Shown here piece by piece: positions 47,387-52,387 of a DNA stretch of 52,387 nucleotides. The stretch comes from a virus. Lineage: Duplodnaviria > Caudoviricetes. The translations under genes and the position numbers were made by a program. The number at the start of each line of letters is the position of its first letter. Positions within the stretch are counted from its first letter, which is position 1. The notes under the pieces are model-generated. The model was not told the DNA's origin. It made no database searches and saw only the letters and a program-made list of their open reading frames with translations. Location of the stretch: positions 1 through 52,387 of the IMG/VR virus record IMGVR_UViG_3300043449_001060; one strand, 5' to 3'.

Positions 47387-48445
47387 TTATATTACTCTAT
47401 TGCGTCCTAAAACCCCACGATATCCCCAGTTAGGTGAGAAACTTTCAAACATGTTGTAATACTTACCGTACATGGCTTTTCTATTTGTCCACCACATTTC
47501 TTGAAGCTCTCTAAAGTTTGGAGTATTAACTACACTCAATGCTTGATTTCTAGCAGCTCTAAGTCTTTGTTCAATAAGTTGCATTCTTTGAGCAACATCT
47601 TCTCCATTTAAATAAAGATTTTCCATGATTCTAGCTTTTAATGCATACTCATAATATTCATTAATAAGATCATGATCTGGAACAAGAAGATCACCATTCT
47701 CATCTTCCATTTGACCTTGATAATTTAAATATACTTTACCAGTATCAAATGTTGTAAATAAAAATCCTCCTTTAATCCATCCTTCATTTGGAGTATTCCA
47801 ATAAAGATTAGGACAGTCACATTCTATATTTTGACTTGTCTTCATTCTTAGTGGAAATAACTGTGTATAAACTCTTGTAGCTCCAGGATTACTAATTACT
47901 TGAACAAGTTCATACTTATCTCCTTTACAGTTCATAAAGACTCTTGGTCTTGTACAAACATCTCCATAAGGTGCAAGTGGATCATATTCTGTAGGAATAG
48001 GATTAGGAGCACATGTAGCAGGACATGTATTGTCTGGACATGCTGCAGTATAGTTACATGGATTTGCGTTGCATACAGAGCAGTTTACAGTTTGTGGTGC
48101 ACATACATCAACTGTGGCTGGTGTTTCCACATAAGGAACTTCTTGAATATTTGTACCACCAGCCCAGCCATCATAACCAATATGTTCAGTAAAAGTACCA
48201 CAGATAAAAGCAAAATTAAATGTATAAAAGTCATCAGGTAATTTTACTTTACCATGACATACATCTAAAATTACTTCCTTTTGTTGATTAATTCTTAAGC
48301 CAAGATCATAGTTAAGTTTCTTGACTAATTTAATTAACTGTTGAGGCTCTATCATATTTTCTAGAGCAAAAGTATTTAAGTCAACTGTTACATCTTCTAA
48401 CAATTGATTAAAGGTTCTATATCTAAGAGTGTAATTAAAATCCAT
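47387..48445 (-). CDS. Tail tubular / ring (adaptor) protein
   Basis: 352 aa. 'KVKLPDDFY', 'FTTFDTGKVYLNYQGQMEDENGDLLVPDHDLINEYYEYALK' resemble crAss-like Ttub/ring proteins. Sits just before the muzzle gene and carries a Cys-rich insertion. Confidence 0.7.
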   Translation of the reverse strand: MDFNYTLRYRTFNQLLEDVTVDLNTFALENMIEPQQLIKLVKKLNYDLGLRINQQKEVILDVCHGKVKLPDDFYTFNFAFICGTFTEHIGYDGWAGGTNIQEVPYVETPATVDVCAPQTVNCSVCNANPCNYTAACPDNTCPATCAPNPIPTEYDPLAPYGDVCTRPRVFMNCKGDKYELVQVISNPGATRVYTQLFPLRMKTSQNIECDCPNLYWNTPNEGWIKGGFLFTTFDTGKVYLNYQGQMEDENGDLLVPDHDLINEYYEYALKARIMENLYLNGEDVAQRMQLIEQRLRAARNQALSVVNTPNFRELQEMWWTNRKAMYGKYYNMFESFSPNWGYRGVLGRNRVI

Positions 48446-49107
48446 TATCTAAGTATATTTTGACTATCATCTAATCCATCAGTTGGGACTTGCATAGTTA
48501 TGGTTAACTCTTTTACTGTATATTGCTCTATTTCAGAAAATAAATATTCTGGAAATGGTAATGGTTGATCTTGTTTAATTAAACAATCATCTGTTGTACA
48601 GGTATCTACTTGACCTTCAAATATTGCTTCCATGCGAACAGCATCCCAGTCTACATTAGGAATATATAAATAGCCATCTAAATACCAGAAATAAATATTA
48701 CGGTTATATTTAAATGTTGTAGTTTTAGTCATAGAAACCCAAGTACCTGGATCTGTACGGAATAATTCTATAGTACCATCTATTGAAGATACTGTACGTA
48801 TAATAGGACCAAATGTGCCATTTAAAATTGTAGGAAGCTTTTCTTTTGATCTTTTAAAGTAACAACCTGAGTATACACCAATACATCCTGCTTCTACTTT
48901 ATCAACATCAATTAACTCAAGATAAGGTAGTACTTGAAAAATTGAACTGATCTTCATTAATTTAAATTGGTTATCTTCTCTTTTCAAGAGTGTCTGCCCA
49001 TACTTAGTTAATAAAAAGTATATAGTTCTATCTGTAAGAAACGGATCTTCTTTTGCAGCTTTAAGTGTATTTCTTACCCTAGAAATTGCTTCACCAATTG
49101 TTGTCAT
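48445..49107 (-). CDS. Putative tail ring protein
   Basis: 220 aa, translationally coupled at both ends (ATGA and TAATG overlaps). Helical termini around a beta core ('RSKEKLP', 'YFWYLDGYLYIP', 'PFPEYL'). Confidence 0.55.
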   Translation of the reverse strand: MTTIGEAISRVRNTLKAAKEDPFLTDRTIYFLLTKYGQTLLKREDNQFKLMKISSIFQVLPYLELIDVDKVEAGCIGVYSGCYFKRSKEKLPTILNGTFGPIIRTVSSIDGTIELFRTDPGTWVSMTKTTTFKYNRNIYFWYLDGYLYIPNVDWDAVRMEAIFEGQVDTCTTDDCLIKQDQPLPFPEYLFSEIEQYTVKELTITMQVPTDGLDDSQNILR

Positions 49108-49685
49108 AAGTCAAATTCATTATATTCATTCAGTTGTTGTTTAACTGAATTATTTATAAATTCTCTATAAATAGTTTTTTGATAGTCTAGTTTAAGTTTT
49201 TTAGTTGAATCAATTGGCATATACAAATTCCAATTTTCTGGGTAAGTTTTAGCTACACTTCTTTTAAAATCTCTACATGCAACAAACTTCCAAAATTCTC
49301 TATTCTTCATCTTATGTTTTAATGCATAACTTGTAAAAAATATTTTAGCTAATTTACCATCGGTTTCCCAATTCTTATTTGTTACTGAAACTCCGTATTT
49401 ATTAGATTTAGCATAATCAATATTATCTTTTTTACTTTGTCTACATGATCCAATAAATATCCATCCAATTGATTCTGGTAATTGTATACCGTCTCTATTT
49501 TCAATTACAGCATTATACATATACTCATTAAAAGTTTTAACAACTTTTCTTAAATCTTTATCATCCAAATTTTTGTATTTTGGATGCTTCTTTTTAAAAC
49601 TATCAAAGAACTCTTTGTTCATTATTGTATGCACTGTAGGTCTATACCGAGGTGCATGTAAATCTGGTTTTTTAAATTCCTTCAT
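49104..49685 (-). CDS. IHF/HU-like DNA-binding protein of crAss-like phages
   Basis: Basic 193 aa. A helix followed by 'GIQLPESIGWIFI' and 'KFVACRDFKRSV' resembles the HU/IHF fold. The position in the tail block matches crAss-like IHF homologues. Confidence 0.55.
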   Translation of the reverse strand: MKEFKKPDLHAPRYRPTVHTIMNKEFFDSFKKKHPKYKNLDDKDLRKVVKTFNEYMYNAVIENRDGIQLPESIGWIFIGSCRQSKKDNIDYAKSNKYGVSVTNKNWETDGKLAKIFFTSYALKHKMKNREFWKFVACRDFKRSVAKTYPENWNLYMPIDSTKKLKLDYQKTIYREFINNSVKQQLNEYNEFDL

Positions 49686-49697
49686 ACCATATAGATT

Positions 49698-49735
49698 AAT
49701 ATACTAAAAATAACTCACTTTAGCAAATATACTGA
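49698..49735 (-). promoter_or_regulatory. Tandem putative promoter boxes (TTAGTATATT and CAGTATATTTGC)
   Basis: Plus-strand AATATACTAA at 49698-49707 and AATATACTGA at 49726-49735. The second reads TATATTTG on the minus strand, matching Bacteroidota TAnnTTTG. Both lie just downstream of a terminator. Confidence 0.55.
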
Positions 49736-49768
49736 TAAAACAAAACCCCCGCGAGTGCAGGGGCTTTG
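49733..49768 (-). terminator. Intrinsic terminator
   Basis: Minus-strand GCCCCTGC-ACTC-GCGGGGGT followed by TTTGTTTTAT, ~35 nt after the stop at 49805. Confidence 0.75.
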
Positions 49769-49804
49769 CCTTGTTGTCACAGAAACCAACAAACTGTAAC
49801 TTTT

Positions 49805-50677
49805 TTAAATTACTGGAGTAAATGTAATGTCAATCTTATCTATATGATAAAACTGTGCTGGATTTTCAATATATGCTTGCAACTCTATCCATCTATTTGC
49901 TGATCCTCCTCCTGCAAGTAGATTAAAGTCTACTAATATTGTTGAAAAAGCTACCTCATCAAGAGCAGTTCCAATAACTGTTTGCCATGTATTAAATAGG
50001 TAAGTAGCTGAATTTACTTCATAAAGATTTATTCTTAAATTAGAACCTGCGTTATGTTCACTAGTTATCATAAGTCTTAACAGTGCTTTTCCTGTTGGGA
50101 ATAATTCAGTAGCAATAAATAGAGCAGAGTTTCTATACCATGACTCCGCTAAAGTATTGTTCTTCCATGGAAATACAGAAACAATGGGACTATAAGCTAA
50201 TGTCATATGCACTGCCTTTGGAGTCTCTTGTATTTGTTCACAATAACTAGAACCAAGTTTTTGAACTGCAGAACTTATTGTATCTCCTGTTGTTACACTA
50301 ATACAAGTAATATCATCACCTGTGTATAATGGTTCATATGAACAATAAAACTCTGAAAGATCTTGAATTGCTTGATCAACAGTTACACCAGATACTACAA
50401 CATTTTGTCCATTACATGTAATGGTAGGCCCATCATATGTTGATTCATAAGTACAAAAGAATGCAGTAATTTGATCTAGCGCCTCTGATACTGGGGTATT
50501 TGAAGCAATAACAATATCATTTCCGCACAGAATATCAGCACCTGTATATACTATACACTGTGCATCAAATACTTCGGAACATGGTTCTGGATCTGGACAA
50601 CCTCCTGGTGTAGGACATGGTGGAAGAGTTACTAATGGATCTTCACACCCACAATTTTGACATTTATTTAGTGACAT
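49805..50677 (-). CDS. Cys-rich putative tail fibre / virion decoration protein with three ~35-aa repeats
   Basis: ATG at 50677 preferred over the overlapping TTG at 50698. Repeats follow Y[TD]GxxIxC...T[VI]xxA[LIV]xx[IL]xx[FY]C, then a beta-rich C-terminal domain. Confidence 0.55.
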   Translation of the reverse strand: MSLNKCQNCGCEDPLVTLPPCPTPGGCPDPEPCSEVFDAQCIVYTGADILCGNDIVIASNTPVSEALDQITAFFCTYESTYDGPTITCNGQNVVVSGVTVDQAIQDLSEFYCSYEPLYTGDDITCISVTTGDTISSAVQKLGSSYCEQIQETPKAVHMTLAYSPIVSVFPWKNNTLAESWYRNSALFIATELFPTGKALLRLMITSEHNAGSNLRINLYEVNSATYLFNTWQTVIGTALDEVAFSTILVDFNLLAGGGSANRWIELQAYIENPAQFYHIDKIDITFTPVI

Positions 50678-50688
50678 ATCTTTTAGTA

Positions 50689-52335
50689 TTATGGACAAAC
50701 AGTTGAGAATCCAGTTTCAGTATTACATGGTTCTAAATATCCAATAAGTCCGTCTAGTTTAAATTGGAATCCTCCCACTTGATTTTCATTTCCAGCATCA
50801 CAGCTAAACGGCCATGTAAGATTAAATGTATTAGATACTAATGGAAAGTTAGCATTAGAAGGTGCATTATGAATATCTGTTGCTGCAGCAATGTAGTTTG
50901 GTAAATATTCTCCTAATCTTACATTACTAGTAATAAATCTTAAAGGTGAATTACCTTGTACACCAGCACCTCTTGTTGTAGTAATTTCTATATCATGAAC
51001 AAGAGCTACAGTTAAACCTTTTGTATTTGTAATTGATACATTCATTGCGGAAGATAAAGATGTACCATATGTAGCATCTATATCAATTCCTCTTGTTGCA
51101 ATAATCCAACCTAGTGAATATGAACTATCAAGATTAGCTGATGTTATAGAAGCGGGTATAACTGATCCACCATTATTAAATGAAATTGCACCATTAGCAT
51201 CAATTGTACAACCACCAGTTCCGCTCCATGTTGTGCATCCGCCAACTGAGTTATAAGCAGATGTAGAAGATAATGTAACTACATTTCCAGGAGATGCTGG
51301 ATTTTCTAATGGAACAAATACAGTTCCTCTAAAATGAATTTGATTTCCAATTCTTCTACATTGTGGTTTTGCTACACCAGAATAATAAGCGAATCCATCA
51401 AGATCTACCCAACCGGTATCTGTAATTTTTGCAGATATTGCATAAGCTGGACCAGATGATACAGTTAAATCAATTGTTGATGTATCTGAAACAGTAATTG
51501 CTATTGATGAAACATATTGATAAACATCACAAAGGGAAATCCAAATATTAGTAATTGCATCAGCAACTGTATCTACTGTAACTACAGGGATCCAAGTACC
51601 CGCATATGCTAATGAAAATGGAGTTCCAAATACTAATGAAATATCTGAGTCATCAATACATTGTGATTGTACTGCAGCAAGAATTTCTGATGGCATTCCT
51701 GTTGTGCCTCTTAATGCACAAAAACCAAATGTTGTATCATTAATTAATGCTTCTAATACAGCATCCATTGCATATGACCCAGGCGCAGTAATTGTAGCAC
51801 TTAAATCACATTCCTGAACCGGAATGTTTGGTAATGTAAATGTTGGAACTGGAGCAGCCTCTAATGCCGTTACTCTAATATCTAAATTAGTTAACTGTAA
51901 ATTTAATGCTGCAATCTGAGATACTAATGAACATACCTTAGTTCCAATTGCTTGAGCATATTGAGAAACTGTCATTACTGTTACTCCACCTACTACAAAA
52001 CAATCTGCAACAGTAATTAAATCTTCACTCTTTGTTGTATTTGTTGTACTAGTAGTTGTTTGATTATTTAATGCACAAATCTGTTCAATTAAAAATTGTA
52101 CAAGTGCTTGGAAATCATTTGGAGGACATGCAACCAAATTAAAACATGACAAATCATAGTTTGTCACATTTAAAATATCTAGAACTGTACATAATTCTGT
52201 AGCCAGTTTAGCAACAACATCTGATACAGTGTCACCCGTGCAAAGTTTAATGCACGGAATATCTGGTCCTTGCCAAATCACACAGTTAGATGAAATTGGG
52301 CTACAAGGTCTATTATCTAAGTTCAAAGGTTTCAT
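50689..52335 (-). CDS. Cys-rich putative tail fibre / structural protein (548 aa)
   Basis: N-terminal 'SSNCVIWQGPDIPC...GDTVSDVVAKL' is the same repeat unit as in the neighbouring gene. Coiled coil 'QIAALNLQLTNLDIRVTALE', then a fibre-tip-like 'TDTGWVDL...PQCRRIGNQIHFRG'. Confidence 0.6.
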   Translation of the reverse strand: MKPLNLDNRPCSPISSNCVIWQGPDIPCIKLCTGDTVSDVVAKLATELCTVLDILNVTNYDLSCFNLVACPPNDFQALVQFLIEQICALNNQTTTSTTNTTKSEDLITVADCFVVGGVTVMTVSQYAQAIGTKVCSLVSQIAALNLQLTNLDIRVTALEAAPVPTFTLPNIPVQECDLSATITAPGSYAMDAVLEALINDTTFGFCALRGTTGMPSEILAAVQSQCIDDSDISLVFGTPFSLAYAGTWIPVVTVDTVADAITNIWISLCDVYQYVSSIAITVSDTSTIDLTVSSGPAYAISAKITDTGWVDLDGFAYYSGVAKPQCRRIGNQIHFRGTVFVPLENPASPGNVVTLSSTSAYNSVGGCTTWSGTGGCTIDANGAISFNNGGSVIPASITSANLDSSYSLGWIIATRGIDIDATYGTSLSSAMNVSITNTKGLTVALVHDIEITTTRGAGVQGNSPLRFITSNVRLGEYLPNYIAAATDIHNAPSNANFPLVSNTFNLTWPFSCDAGNENQVGGFQFKLDGLIGYLEPCNTETGFSTVCP

Positions 52336-52341
52336 ATCTAT

Positions 52342-52353
52342 AATATACTAATT
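52342..52353 (-). promoter_or_regulatory. Putative promoter box AATTAGTATATT
   Basis: Plus-strand AATATACTAATT, 12/12 identical to 35582-35593, 6 nt from the ATG at 52335. Confidence 0.55.
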
Positions 52354-52387
52354 ATTAATTAGAATTACAAGTCTTTAGAGTGGTATT

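Larger units (their letters stand above)
1..52387. mobile_element. Segment of a crAss-like (Crassvirales-type) bacteriophage genome
   Basis: Giant virion RNAP with GADFDIDK. Gene order runs IHF-like, ring/tubular, tail stabilisation, giant cargo genes, convergent with a PolB replication block, as in crAss-like phages. No host housekeeping genes, integrase or att site seen. Confidence 0.9.

Noticed and set aside
50678-50698. ORF-track start at 50698 for the 297-aa protein
   Set aside because: It is a TTG overlapping the upstream gene's end. The ATG at 50677, after an A-rich spacer, is more plausible.
1-52387. Alternative genetic code (TAG/TGA reassignment known in some crAss-like phages)
   Set aside because: Standard-code ORFs already tile the window almost completely, and TGA is used as a stop at 49104. 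No called gene ends in TAG, but none is interrupted by it either, so there is no positive evidence.

Overview
This 52.4 kb, AT-rich, very gene-dense window is a segment of a crAss-like (Crassvirales-type) phage. Its host is probably a Bacteroidota species, judged from TAnnTTTG-like promoter boxes and A-rich starts without Shine-Dalgarno sites. Positions 1-2384 (+) are the end of a replication block: the C-terminus of a family B DNA polymerase, a DUF932-like protein and a MazG-like pyrophosphohydrolase. Positions 2390-52335 (-) are one convergent virion block: two Cys-rich fibre-like proteins, an IHF/HU-like protein, two tail ring/tubular proteins, a tail stabilisation (muzzle) protein, and seven very large putative internal/ejected proteins totalling about 13,100 aa. 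One of these is a 3523-aa single-chain two-barrel virion RNA polymerase (DFDID motif). Three patterns stand out. (1) The three largest consecutive cargo proteins contain cysteine only at the third residue from the termini that face each other in gene order (CNI* / MAC...CKI* / MIC), suggesting head-to-tail covalent chaining. (2) A short xxxGG motif (YQDGG, FQNGG, MRKGG, AKYGG and variants) recurs about 25 times in three adjacent proteins. In the 2113-aa protein it falls between discrete modules (zincin, lysozyme and others), suggesting a processed or tagged polyprotein. (3) A shared TTAGTATATT upstream box occurs four times, and twice it is paired with a 17-bp near-palindrome at identical spacing. 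All family assignments come from motifs recognised by eye; no database searches were run. I saw no tRNA, rRNA or CRISPR array.
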